Source: a bacterium (lineage in GTDB: Bacteria > Bacillota_I > Bacilli_A > RFN20 > CAG-826). Taken from it: a DNA stretch of 64,000 nt. The notes beneath the pieces are model-generated. The model saw nothing but the letters and a program-made list of their open reading frames with translations. It did no database searches and had not been told where the DNA came from. Made by a program: the position numbers and the translations under genes. Below, piece after piece: positions 9,513 to 19,517 of the stretch (its first letter is position 1; each line of letters opens with the position of its first letter). The stretch is taken from contig CAVJPS010000010.1 of NCBI GenBank assembly GCA_963651465.1, forward strand, positions 52,793-116,792. The letters are read 5' to 3'.

Positions 9513-9992
9513 TTAACCCTTCTTTCTTAAAAGGACAATGGTACGTGCTTCAATAGCTTCTAATTTCCCTATTTCACCAATGCCTTCATTTGTACCAGCT
9601 TTAACTGATACTTTATCAATTTCAATTTTTAACAATGTAGCAACGACAGCTCTCATTTCATTAATGTATTTTTGTAAATGAGGTTGCTCCGCAATAATAC
9701 TAACATCAATATTATTAACTTCAAAGCCTTTCTTTTCCATCATAGCTACAACTTCATTAACAATTAAACATGAGTCGTAATTTTCGTATTGTGGATCGTT
9801 AGGTGGAAAATATTTTCCTAAATCTCCTAATGCTAAAGCACCTAGAATTGATTCAGCAATAGAATGTAAAGCAACATCAGCATCACTATGTCCTAATAAA
9901 CCCAATTCAAATGGTATTTTAACACCACACAAGAATAAATTGCGTCCTTTTACTAAACGATGAATATCACTTGCATACCCAATACGATACAT
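9513..9992 (-). CDS. ispF: 2-C-methyl-D-erythritol 2,4-cyclodiphosphate synthase (MEP pathway)
   Basis: GHSDADVALHSIAESILGA signature. 159 aa. ispF-gltX adjacency as in Bacillus. Confidence 0.9.
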   Translation of the reverse strand: MYRIGYASDIHRLVKGRNLFLCGVKIPFELGLLGHSDADVALHSIAESILGALALGDLGKYFPPNDPQYENYDSCLIVNEVVAMMEKKGFEVNNIDVSIIAEQPHLQKYINEMRAVVATLLKIEIDKVSVKAGTNEGIGEIGKLEAIEARTIVLLRKKG

Positions 9993-10007
9993 AAAACCCC
10001 TCCTTAA

Positions 10008-11114
10008 TTAAACATTAAATCTAAATAACATTATATCACTATCTTGAACAATATAAGATTTACCTTCTATTCTAAGTTTACCTGCTTCTTTAACAGCAAG
10101 CTCTGAACCGTATTTAACAATATCTTCATATGAATAAACTTCAGCTTTAATAAAGCCACGTTCAAAATCACTATGAATAATACCAGCACATTCAGGAGCT
10201 AACATTCCATTTTTAAATGTCCATGCACGGCATTCATCTGGTCCAACTGTAAAGAAAGTTTTAAGTCCTAAAATGCTATACGCAGCTTTAATAACTTTAT
10301 CTAAGCCAGATTCAGTAATTCCTAAATCACTTAAGAACATAACTTTTTCTTCTTCACTCAATGAAGAAAGTTGAGCTTCTATTTCACATGAAACAGGAAT
10401 GACAACAGAATTATCTTCCTTAGCATAATCAACAACAGCATTATAATATTTACTATTAGTTGGGTTAGCATAATCATTTTCGTTAATATTAGCAACATAA
10501 ATCATTGGTAACATAGTTAATAAGAAGAAGTTCTTACGAACATATTTTGCATCATCTTCACTAAATTCAACTGAACGAGCAGGACGACCGTTTTCTAAAG
10601 CTTCTTGTAATTGCTTTAATAAATTAGTTTCGTACACAGCTTCCTTATCTTTTGTAGTACGAGCTTTATTTTCAACTCTTCCTAGTCTTTTAACAACAGC
10701 ATCTAAATCTGCCAAAGCTAATTCAAGATTAATAATTTCAATATCTCTTTTTGGATCAACTGTATTTTCAACATGAATAATTTCACTATTCTCAAAACAT
10801 CTTACTACTTGAACAATAGCGTCACATTCACGAATATTAGCCAAGAATTGATTTCCAAGTCCTTCACCATTACTAGCTCCTTTAACTAAACCAGCAATAT
10901 CGTAAAATTCAAAAGTAGCAGCGATAGTGCGTTTAGGATTAAACATTTTTGATAATGTGTTTAATCTTTCATCCGGAACAGCAACAATTCCAGTATTTGG
11001 TTTAATAGTTGCAAATGGGTAATTTGCAGCTTCAACATTTGCGTTTGTAATTGCATTAAATAAAGTAGATTTACCAACATTAGGTAATCCAACAATACCA
11101 GCTTTTAATGGCAT
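10008..11114 (-). CDS. ychF: Ribosome-binding ATPase YchF (Obg-family GTPase)
   Basis: GLPNVGKSTLFNA G1 motif, C-terminal TGS domain. 368 aa. Confidence 0.9.
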   Translation of the reverse strand: MPLKAGIVGLPNVGKSTLFNAITNANVEAANYPFATIKPNTGIVAVPDERLNTLSKMFNPKRTIAATFEFYDIAGLVKGASNGEGLGNQFLANIRECDAIVQVVRCFENSEIIHVENTVDPKRDIEIINLELALADLDAVVKRLGRVENKARTTKDKEAVYETNLLKQLQEALENGRPARSVEFSEDDAKYVRKNFFLLTMLPMIYVANINENDYANPTNSKYYNAVVDYAKEDNSVVIPVSCEIEAQLSSLSEEEKVMFLSDLGITESGLDKVIKAAYSILGLKTFFTVGPDECRAWTFKNGMLAPECAGIIHSDFERGFIKAEVYSYEDIVKYGSELAVKEAGKLRIEGKSYIVQDSDIMLFRFNV

Positions 11115-11151
11115 TTAACATCTCTCCTTTGCCATAATGTTTTATATCATT

Positions 11152-11177
11152 AAAAAAAGTCGATAGCCGACTTTTCC
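11152..11177 (-). terminator. Intrinsic terminator downstream of the cold-shock gene
   Basis: AAAGTCG-ATAGC-CGACTTT hairpin plus T-run on the minus strand. Confidence 0.55.
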
Positions 11178-11184
11178 TAATACC

Positions 11185-11379
11185 TTAAATCTTTGTAATA
11201 TTAATTGCGCGAGGTCCACGTTCTGATTCTTCTAATTCAAAATCAACATTTGTATTTTGTTCTACAACATTAGAACCATCTAATAAAGCTCTAAAATGGA
11301 AAAAGATATCTTTACCTTCTTCAGTACGAATAAAACCATATCCTTTTTCTTTGTTAAACATTTTTACAGTGCCTTTCAT
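11185..11379 (-). CDS. cspA: Cold-shock protein (CspA family)
   Basis: MKGTVKMFNKEKGYGFI... RNP motifs. True start at 11379 is preceded by ATAGGAGGTG. The 7 extra N-terminal residues in the ORF track translate the RBS itself. Confidence 0.85.
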   Translation of the reverse strand: MKGTVKMFNKEKGYGFIRTEEGKDIFFHFRALLDGSNVVEQNTNVDFELEESERGPRAINITKI

Positions 11380-11542
11380 AAAAACACCTCCTATAATCAA
11401 TTACTTATTGACAAAAATAGTGTATCACTTTTTAATAAATAATACTATTGATTTTAATAATAATATTGATTAATAAATATATCTCACAATTACTTATTTT
11501 TCTACTTTACGAACTATTATTTTACAATTGGAGTTAAAAGAG

Positions 11543-14119
11543 TTAATACTTTTTTACATTAACATAATTATGCTTTTCTTTTATCAATAAAAAAGATGGT
11601 AAAAATACAATTAAACAATAGATTATCATAAAAATTATTGTTTTTATAGAAATAGAATTGCTAAACATTGATAACAAAGATTCAAATTTTACATTAAGAA
11701 TAAATATTAATGCTACACTATACAAAAATGCACCAATAACAATTATGCTTTTATAAATTAAATTGACTTTGAATATATCTTTATTATTATAGCCAACAAT
11801 TGAAAAGTATTCATTTTCGTCCACACTATCAACATCAATTGATTTTTGAATTAACACTCCAATTATTATGTTTATTATCAGTAATACACCAAATATTGAA
11901 TATGCAACAATCTTAAAAATAGAAATTAGCGATATCAATTGATTAAAGCGAGAATAGCACTCATTACTAAAAGTATAATGATTGTATTTACTTTTTAGTT
12001 GTTCATACATATTTAAATCAAAACTAGAATCATTAAAATAAATTATGGATTTATCAGGAATATTATTTTTTAATTTTAATTCATCTCGACAATAACGATA
12101 AAACCATGTTGGACTTTGGTATATTTTAAATGAATTATCGTTTATTATTTCCTCAACCTCCAAATAAAATATTACAGATTTATTATTAATAAAATATGAA
12201 AAATATAATATGTCACCAGCTTTAACATTCAAATTATCAGCCAGTCCTTTAGATACTAATATAGAGTCGTGCTTTAATTTTTGAGTTAAAGTTCCAAGTT
12301 TAATATTATTAGTAGAAGTATTTAATATATTTCCCTGTAAAACATTATTACTACTCTTATATTTTAAATGTATTAAGTTATCTTCATTTTCTAGCTTATC
12401 TACAATCTCATTTATTTCGTACTCATATTTACTTAAATATAAGAAACCACTAAAACCCGCAAGTCCACTATTTGGATCAATTAAATAAGAATCATTACTG
12501 CCGACTATATAATCTAGGCTTAATTTATCTAATACATTTGCTGTTAATATCTCATTTTCGGTTTTTAAATAAAAATAACTATATTTATTTGGAAAGGAGT
12601 TTGATAAATAATTTACATTAAAGGTTTGTATGTTTTCATTAAGCATCTCCTCAAATTGATAAGCTTCATAACTGCTATTAAAATTAGTTATTGTATACTT
12701 TTTTAATTCGTTAGGATAATTTGGTTTTTCATTTATATTTGTTGTGACTGGAAACCCAAAATATGACTCCAATATTTTAGAGTTAAAATTATTAAAAGAA
12801 TGAGCTATATAATTACTTTCACTATTAAAAACATCAATTACTTGAAAGTTCACAGTTTCACTATAACTATAAGTCTCATTTTTTATATCTAAATGAATTT
12901 CTAAATAATTATTTTTACAATAATCTTTAAGGTCAGAAATGGAATTTTCAATACCTATTTTTTTACTCAACAAATATAGATTACTATTTGTTAATCCAAG
13001 TCCTATTTGAAATTCAGTTTTACAATTTAAAGAAGGGGTATAAATGAACTCATTAATTTGTCTAATTCCAATATTATTTATTAACATATTTTGATAATAG
13101 AAATTGTTTTCGTCATTAAACAAATTTTCATAATTACAATCATAAAAAGAAGTGATATAACACGATGAACTTTCGTTTATTTTTCTAAGTTCAATTTCAT
13201 CCAAACATTTATAATTATCATCATTTTTATTTTTAGTTTCTATTATAAAATTATTACTTGAAAATACATCCATATTTTGATTAATAATAGATGATTGAAA
13301 ATTATCAATAAAATTAAAAATATATCCTGAAGATGATAATGAAATTATTAAAGATGTAAACATAATAAGTGATCGAATTTTTTTGTTTTTAAGTCTTAAA
13401 AAGGCAAAATGTCCAATATTACTTTTTATCTTTTCTTTTTTATTTTTAAAATGTTTGTCACTTACTTTAATATCTGATTGTTTTTGTAATTCATATAATT
13501 TATTATCTTTTATCTCGAGTAATGTAAAGTCATTTATATATTCATTTACATCATCATGCGACACCAAAATAACGGGGATATGTGCGCTTATTTGCTTTAA
13601 ATAATTTAACATATGCCCCCTATTTTTGTAATCAAGTCCAGCCGTTGGTTCATCACAAATTAATAAATCCGGATGTTTATTAATCGCCAATAACAATTCC
13701 AATCTAATTAATTCTCCACCAGATAATGTTGATATTTTTTGTCTTAGACTTTTTATTCCAATTTGACGAAGAGACTTCTTTAAAGCCTTTATATCGATTG
13801 TAGCATTATACATTTTTATTGCGTCATTAACACTATTATATTTTTGAATTATACTTTGTTGTGGTACATAACTAATATGATGAAGTCTAATTTTATTTTT
13901 TTCATTTTCCGTCATATTAGATAATGATTTTTCATCATAAAATACATCGCCTTTTTCAAATGGTAAAAGTCCAATTAAGCATTTTAAAAAAGTTGTTTTA
14001 CCCGAACCAGAATATCCCTTAATTACATACAAACCGTTATTTCCAAAAGTATAAGAAATATCATCTAAAATATTATCTTTATTATTATAAGTTTTACATA
14101 GATTTTTTACTGTTATCAT
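11543..14119 (-). CDS. Fused ABC ATP-binding domain plus FtsX/MacB-type permease with a very large Asn-rich extracytoplasmic domain
   Basis: Walker A GYSGSGKTTF, signature LSGGELIRL. One TM helix, then about 450 aa of low-complexity extracellular region, then 3 C-terminal TM helices (FtsX-like). RBS AAAGGAAG. 858 aa. Confidence 0.75.
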   Translation of the reverse strand: MITVKNLCKTYNNKDNILDDISYTFGNNGLYVIKGYSGSGKTTFLKCLIGLLPFEKGDVFYDEKSLSNMTENEKNKIRLHHISYVPQQSIIQKYNSVNDAIKMYNATIDIKALKKSLRQIGIKSLRQKISTLSGGELIRLELLLAINKHPDLLICDEPTAGLDYKNRGHMLNYLKQISAHIPVILVSHDDVNEYINDFTLLEIKDNKLYELQKQSDIKVSDKHFKNKKEKIKSNIGHFAFLRLKNKKIRSLIMFTSLIISLSSSGYIFNFIDNFQSSIINQNMDVFSSNNFIIETKNKNDDNYKCLDEIELRKINESSSCYITSFYDCNYENLFNDENNFYYQNMLINNIGIRQINEFIYTPSLNCKTEFQIGLGLTNSNLYLLSKKIGIENSISDLKDYCKNNYLEIHLDIKNETYSYSETVNFQVIDVFNSESNYIAHSFNNFNSKILESYFGFPVTTNINEKPNYPNELKKYTITNFNSSYEAYQFEEMLNENIQTFNVNYLSNSFPNKYSYFYLKTENEILTANVLDKLSLDYIVGSNDSYLIDPNSGLAGFSGFLYLSKYEYEINEIVDKLENEDNLIHLKYKSSNNVLQGNILNTSTNNIKLGTLTQKLKHDSILVSKGLADNLNVKAGDILYFSYFINNKSVIFYLEVEEIINDNSFKIYQSPTWFYRYCRDELKLKNNIPDKSIIYFNDSSFDLNMYEQLKSKYNHYTFSNECYSRFNQLISLISIFKIVAYSIFGVLLIINIIIGVLIQKSIDVDSVDENEYFSIVGYNNKDIFKVNLIYKSIIVIGAFLYSVALIFILNVKFESLLSMFSNSISIKTIIFMIIYCLIVFLPSFLLIKEKHNYVNVKKY

Positions 14120-14120
14120 A

Positions 14121-15392
14121 TTAATCTTCCTTTATCAATTTATTAACGTTTTTTATTTTTAAAAATTTAAAAGTAATATAAGATGGTAGCACAAAAATAA
14201 AGCTTGAAAATAATATAAAAACTAATGTCAAAATTATATATTTTAAAATTGATAATATCACCCCTAAAATAGGTAAAAAATTAAATGTAATAAATCCTAA
14301 AATAATTAAGCAGATAAATGTGATTAAATATGAAAACAAAAGCTTTTTAAGTGTACAATAAAGTACATTAAAATAAATAGCAAAATCATGGGCACCAAAG
14401 GACAAAAACAATCCAATATCTTTACGGGTTTTTATGAAAATATTATAGGTGTTTATAATACTCATAAGTAATAATGTAGCAATACATAAAGTGAAGAAAA
14501 ATTGTGATATTACTTTTATAACATCAAATACATTTTGTAATGTATCAAATAAGTCTAAAGAGTACGAAGATATTTTGTAAACACAATTACTACATAATTT
14601 TTTTAATATCTTAATATCTTTTAATTTTGAAACTCCAATAAGATAAGAATATTCATTATTATTTTCTCCAGTTGTGTCATCTTCATAATAATCATTTAAA
14701 GTATAAATTGTCCGTAAATTTGTTGATATGTTTTCTAATTCAATAGTTTCTAGATATGATATAAATCTATCAACATTTACATATATACAAGGATCATTTA
14801 TTAAATGTTTATCATCGGTAATATTACGTATAAAAAATTTACCAGATTCTATTACCAAATCTTTCTTTTCTTCTTTTTCAATAATTGATTCATACGTATA
14901 ATCAAACGAATCAATGTTACCAAATTTATTAGTAAATGATTCATTAACTAAAATTTCATTATAGTCATATTCATCAAACTGATATTTGTTAATTAAATTT
15001 GTATTTGGGAAAACTGGAATCACATTTACATTGATTTCTTCTTTGTTATATAAAAAAGTTGTTTTATTAAAAAAAGAATTCAATGAATAAGAATAAGAAA
15101 AATGAGATATATAACGATTTAGACTAGTTAGTTCTTTTGTTGATAATTTATATGTTTTTTCAATTGCCAAGGAAGAATTATCTAAAGTTACAACTTCACT
15201 TTTATATATTGAACACGTTAAATAATCTGGGTAATTAACATATAAATTATCTCCAAGATTGCTAATAGTTGTAAAACTAATACAAGATAATGTAAAAAGG
15301 ATATTTATAAAAAATAAAGCAATTTCAAATAATCTATTTTTTGATTTGTTTTTTGAATAATATTTATTCAATGGATTAATATTGTTTTTCAT
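14121..15392 (-). CDS. FtsX/MacB-type ABC permease (1 TM, large extracytoplasmic domain, 3 C-terminal TM helices)
   Basis: The C-terminal TM bundle resembles the FtsX fold. Start placed at the internal ATG (15392) with RBS GGAGGAAAG. Overlaps the upstream ATPase gene by 17 nt. Confidence 0.65.
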   Translation of the reverse strand: MKNNINPLNKYYSKNKSKNRLFEIALFFINILFTLSCISFTTISNLGDNLYVNYPDYLTCSIYKSEVVTLDNSSLAIEKTYKLSTKELTSLNRYISHFSYSYSLNSFFNKTTFLYNKEEINVNVIPVFPNTNLINKYQFDEYDYNEILVNESFTNKFGNIDSFDYTYESIIEKEEKKDLVIESGKFFIRNITDDKHLINDPCIYVNVDRFISYLETIELENISTNLRTIYTLNDYYEDDTTGENNNEYSYLIGVSKLKDIKILKKLCSNCVYKISSYSLDLFDTLQNVFDVIKVISQFFFTLCIATLLLMSIINTYNIFIKTRKDIGLFLSFGAHDFAIYFNVLYCTLKKLLFSYLITFICLIILGFITFNFLPILGVILSILKYIILTLVFILFSSFIFVLPSYITFKFLKIKNVNKLIKED

Positions 15393-16059
15393 ATAACTTT
15401 CCTCCATTTAATAAAAATATTTTGTCAGCGTATTTTAAAGCTAATTTATGATCATGAGTCACTAATATAATTAATTTTTTAAGTGATAATTCTTTTAATA
15501 AATTCATTATCTCATTAGAATTTTTATGATCTAAGGAGCCAGTTGGTTCGTCAGCAAGAATTACTTTAGTTTTCATTAATAAGGCTCTTATAATACACAA
15601 ACGCTGCTTCTCTCCACCAGATAAGTTTGAACACAAAGCGTTTTTTTCTACGTTAGGTAAATAGTTTGATAGATAATAATCTATTTCATTCATTAGCTTA
15701 TTATCATCATTTTTCTTTCCATTTAAATAAAAAGGAAGTAACAAATTATCAATTACACTAAGTGACTCAATAGTTGGATAATTTTGAAAGATATATGAAC
15801 AGACTTTTTGCCTAATATAATTAATATTTTTATCTTTGATTTTTTTTAAATTTATATCATCGACATAAATATCACCACTAAAATTTTTCTCATATCCATT
15901 TATAAGTTTTAAAAAAGTGCTTTTACCACTTCCGCTTTGTCCTTCTATCACAATTAGTCCTTTATTAGGAAATTCAAAGTCAAAATCTTTTAAAATGTTA
16001 AATCTAGTTTCACCGTTATAAAATGATTTCGTTACATTATTAAACTTGATAAGTGACAT
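15376..16059 (-). CDS. ABC transporter ATP-binding protein
   Basis: GQSGSGKSTFLKLING Walker A, LSGGEKQRLCIIRALL signature, Walker B ILADEPT. 227 aa. Confidence 0.85.
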   Translation of the reverse strand: MSLIKFNNVTKSFYNGETRFNILKDFDFEFPNKGLIVIEGQSGSGKSTFLKLINGYEKNFSGDIYVDDINLKKIKDKNINYIRQKVCSYIFQNYPTIESLSVIDNLLLPFYLNGKKNDDNKLMNEIDYYLSNYLPNVEKNALCSNLSGGEKQRLCIIRALLMKTKVILADEPTGSLDHKNSNEIMNLLKELSLKKLIILVTHDHKLALKYADKIFLLNGGKLYEKQY

Positions 16060-16098
16060 AAAAAAGACTCCCCTATTATTAATTACGGAGAGTCTTTT
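16060..16098. terminator. Bidirectional intrinsic terminator (ABC operon upstream side and small ORF downstream side)
   Basis: AAGACTCCC...GGAGAGTCTT hairpin with A-run and T-run. Confidence 0.5.
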
Positions 16099-16106
16099 AT
16101 AATTCC

Positions 16107-16301
16107 TTATTTTTTAATTATTTTTCTAAGTCTACTATTAAAATCATTACGAGGCATCATAATGATAGCACCACAGCCTTGACATTTAATTTTAATATCA
16201 GCACCCATTCTAACTATTTCAAATAGTTTACTTCTATTAGTACATGGATGGGGCTTTTTCATTTCGACTATTGAATTTAATTCGTAATCTAAATCAGCCA
16301 T
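16107..16301 (-). CDS. Small (64 aa) putative zinc-binding protein, translationally coupled to fhs (TAATG overlap)
   Basis: HxC...CxxC arrangement (H18, C20, C40, C43) and a basic C-terminus. Its ATG shares an A with the fhs stop codon. Followed by a terminator. Confidence 0.5.
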   Translation of the reverse strand: MADLDYELNSIVEMKKPHPCTNRSKLFEIVRMGADIKIKCQGCGAIIMMPRNDFNSRLRKIIKK

Positions 16302-17929
16302 TAATAGTCTTTATCCTCCATCTTAACAGCAGCAGGAACTGCAGGAAGTCCAGGCATTGTCATAATTTCACCAGTGTAAGCTACAACAAATCCTGCACCA
16401 GCTGATAACGATACGTCACGAACTGTAATATTAAAACCACGAGGGGCACCTAAAACATTAGGATCGTCAGTGAATGATTGAGGGGTCTTTGCCATACAGA
16501 CTGGTAAGTTAACAAAACCCGGTCCTAGACGTTTTAATTCTTCCATTTTTTCTTTACAGTCTTTTGTAAAGACTACATTATTTGCACGGTATATTTGTTT
16601 ACAAATAGTTTCGATTTTCTTTTCTAAAGGTTCTTCAACATCGTATAAATATTTAAAGTTAGGAAGATTTTCTTGAGCGTCTAACATTTCAACAACTTTA
16701 TTAGCCATTTCAACAGCACCAGCACCACCACGAGCAAAACCATCATTAAATACAACTGGAATTTGAACATCTTTACACCATTGTGTTAAAGCATCAATTT
16801 CGGCTTTAGTATCGGAAGCAAAATGGTTAATTGTAACTAATACTGGTAAACCAAATTTCCTAACATTTTCAATATGTTGGTAAAGGTTAGCAGTACCTTT
16901 CATCATTAATTTAACATCTTCTTCTTCAATCTTATCAAGTGGTTTACCACCATGAAGTTTTAACGCACGAATTGTAGCAACCATTATTACTAATGAAGGA
17001 GTAATGCCAGCTGAACGACATTTAATATCGAAGAATTTTTCTGCACCTAAGTCAGCAGCAAAGCCAGCTTCAGTAATAACAATTGGTGCTAATTTCATTG
17101 CCATCTTTGTTGCAATAACAGAGTTACAACCATGAGCAATATTAGCAAAAGGGCCACCATGAATAATACAAGGATTGCCTTCAATCGTTTGTACAAGGTT
17201 AGGTTTTAAAGCATCACGCATTAATTTCATAATTGCGTGACTTATACGTAAATCAAGAATACGAACTGGTTTATCTAAATATGTATAAGCAACAATGATT
17301 TTATTGACACGGTCCATAAAATCTTGTTCGTTTTCAGCAAGACACATAATAGCCATTAATTCCGAAGCAACTGTAATAACAAAGTTTTCTTCTCTTTCGA
17401 CACCATTGCCATGTCCTTGTCCAATTGTAACACTTCTTAAGGTACGATCATTCATGTCAAGAGCACGTTTCCAAGTTACTCTTGATGCATCAATTGAAAG
17501 TGGATTACCACGATAAATAGAGTTATCTATAATTGCAGCAATAAGATTAATAGATGATGTAAGAGCGTGCATATCTCCTGTAAAGTGTAAGTTAATATCT
17601 TCAGCAGGTTCAATTGTAGCTTTACCTCCACCAGTTGCGCCACCCTTAATACCAAATACAGGACCTAAAGAAGGTTCTCTTAATACTAGTAATGCTTTAC
17701 GATTAATTTTTCCTAATCCTTCAGCTAATGCAATTGAAGTAGTAGTTTTACCTTCACCAGCTTTAGTTGGGGTAATAGCAGTAACTAATACTACTTTACC
17801 ATCAGGATTATTTCCGATTTCTTTCATAATTTTAGTATCGATTTTGGCTTTTACTTTTCCATATGGTTCCACAAATTTTTCATCGATACCAGCAGTTTGA
17901 GCTATTTCATAAATATTTTTTAATTCCAT
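16301..17929 (-). CDS. fhs: Formate--tetrahydrofolate ligase
   Basis: TPTKAGEGKTTT P-loop, full-length FTHFS. Start at 17929 is preceded by GAGGAGTGAG. The ORF-track extension covers the RBS. Confidence 0.9.
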   Translation of the reverse strand: MELKNIYEIAQTAGIDEKFVEPYGKVKAKIDTKIMKEIGNNPDGKVVLVTAITPTKAGEGKTTTSIALAEGLGKINRKALLVLREPSLGPVFGIKGGATGGGKATIEPAEDINLHFTGDMHALTSSINLIAAIIDNSIYRGNPLSIDASRVTWKRALDMNDRTLRSVTIGQGHGNGVEREENFVITVASELMAIMCLAENEQDFMDRVNKIIVAYTYLDKPVRILDLRISHAIMKLMRDALKPNLVQTIEGNPCIIHGGPFANIAHGCNSVIATKMAMKLAPIVITEAGFAADLGAEKFFDIKCRSAGITPSLVIMVATIRALKLHGGKPLDKIEEEDVKLMMKGTANLYQHIENVRKFGLPVLVTINHFASDTKAEIDALTQWCKDVQIPVVFNDGFARGGAGAVEMANKVVEMLDAQENLPNFKYLYDVEEPLEKKIETICKQIYRANNVVFTKDCKEKMEELKRLGPGFVNLPVCMAKTPQSFTDDPNVLGAPRGFNITVRDVSLSAGAGFVVAYTGEIMTMPGLPAVPAAVKMEDKDY

Positions 17930-17933
17930 GTTC

Positions 17934-18632
17934 TCACTCCTCATTATATTGTTTTATTAAATTTTTAATAACGAAGCTTGCAATTGCTAAACCAGCTGCT
18001 GATGGAACCATCATCATGCTTGCTGGAATACGTTCGTTATTAATTGGTTCCTCAAGTGATAGTGCACACATTACATTGCAAAAATCAACATTTTGTTGCC
18101 GTAATACGTAACGCATTTTCTTTGCTAACGGATCTCCTGTTGATTTGTTTAATCTTGTAATAACTAATTTGGTAGGGTCTAATCTTTTTGCCATTCCTAG
18201 ACTAGTTATACAAGGTATATTATGTTCATTTGCAAATTTGATAATTGCAACTTTAGAATATATTGCATCTATCGCATCAACTATATAATCTATCTTATCA
18301 CAATTTAATTCGTTTATGTTATTTTCATCAATAAAAGAATTAATAGTTTTTACGTCACAATTAGAATTTATACGAAGAGCCTTTTCTTTAGCACATAGGA
18401 CCTTACTTTTTCCCACATTATCATTTTCAAATAAAATTTGTCGATTTAAATTGGTAATATCTACAACATCTTTATCTACAATAATAAAATGACCAATTCC
18501 GGAACGAACTAAAGCTTCAAAACAAGTTCCACCTACTCCTCCAACACCAATTATTAATATAGTTGAATTTTTTAAAATATCTAAGTTTTCTTTGCCAATT
18601 AGCATTTCAGTTCTAGTGAACATATTATCCAT
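17934..18632 (-). CDS. tcdA: tRNA threonylcarbamoyladenosine dehydratase (ThiF/MoeB-like)
   Basis: IIGVGGVGGTCFEALVRSGIGHFIIVDKDVVDITNLNRQ Rossmann/E1-like motif. 232 aa. Confidence 0.8.
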   Translation of the reverse strand: MDNMFTRTEMLIGKENLDILKNSTILIIGVGGVGGTCFEALVRSGIGHFIIVDKDVVDITNLNRQILFENDNVGKSKVLCAKEKALRINSNCDVKTINSFIDENNINELNCDKIDYIVDAIDAIYSKVAIIKFANEHNIPCITSLGMAKRLDPTKLVITRLNKSTGDPLAKKMRYVLRQQNVDFCNVMCALSLEEPINNERIPASMMMVPSAAGLAIASFVIKNLIKQYNEE

Positions 18633-19515
18633 TTTTATTCACCTTCTCTTTAATTAAGTTATAAGCTTCTTCATGGTTAGTACACCAAATAGTTGGCATT
18701 TGATGACGGAAAAATGTGAATTGTCTTTTAGCATAATTACGTGTATTCTTTTTTATTAATTCTTTAACATCTTCTAAAGTACTTTCATTTTTAAAATATG
18801 AAATAAATTCCTTATATCCAATTCCTTTAAAAGCGTTATTGTTGAAATCATATTTATTATAAAGATTAGTAACTTCTTCTACTAAACCCTCTTCAAACAT
18901 TTCATCTACACGTTTATTAATTTTTTCATAAAGAACATCTCTTGCAACATCTAATCCTACAAAAAATACATTATCATAAATAATTTTATGTTCTTGCATT
19001 TCTTCTATTTCAGATTTTTTAATACCAGTTTCACGAATAATAGCGATTGCTCTTAATACTCTTTTACGATTATTTGGGTGAATTTTTTTACTAGCTTCAC
19101 TATCTAATGAAACTAAATAATTATACAAATCTTCATTATTTAAATTATCAAGATCACTTAAGTCTACTTCTTTATTCACACGGAATTCATAATCATATAA
19201 AGTAGCTTTTTGGTATAAACCTGTTCCGCCAACAATAATAGCTACTTTATTTCTACTTAAAATATCATCAATAGTTTTACGAGCTTCTTGTTGATATTCA
19301 ACTACTGAATAATTAATTGAAGGTTCAACATAATCAAATAAGTGATGCTTAGCTAGTTTTAATTCATCTTGTGTTGGTTTAGCCGTACCAATTAATAATT
19401 CTTTATAGACTTGGAAAGCATCACCATTTATGATTTCACCATTAAAATCATTAGCTACCTTAATAGCTAATTTTGATTTTCCTGATGCTGTTGGTCCACA
19501 AATTACAATAATCAT
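18625..19515 (-). CDS. miaA: tRNA dimethylallyltransferase
   Basis: ICGPTASGKS P-loop. 296 aa. Confidence 0.9.
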   Translation of the reverse strand: MIIVICGPTASGKSKLAIKVANDFNGEIINGDAFQVYKELLIGTAKPTQDELKLAKHHLFDYVEPSINYSVVEYQQEARKTIDDILSRNKVAIIVGGTGLYQKATLYDYEFRVNKEVDLSDLDNLNNEDLYNYLVSLDSEASKKIHPNNRKRVLRAIAIIRETGIKKSEIEEMQEHKIIYDNVFFVGLDVARDVLYEKINKRVDEMFEEGLVEEVTNLYNKYDFNNNAFKGIGYKEFISYFKNESTLEDVKELIKKNTRNYAKRQFTFFRHQMPTIWCTNHEEAYNLIKEKVNKNG

Positions 19516-19517
19516 AA

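Noticed and set aside
11380-11400. N-terminal extensions in ORF-track models for csp, fhs, soj, sufB, sufS, yhaM, the HIT gene and others
   Set aside because: In each case the extra residues translate the Shine-Dalgarno sequence itself (e.g. ATAGGAGGTG). Starts were moved to the internal ATG or GTG with proper spacing.
13383-13604. 73-aa plus-strand ORF inside the ABC-FtsX fusion gene
   Set aside because: Antisense shadow ORF in extremely AT-rich DNA.
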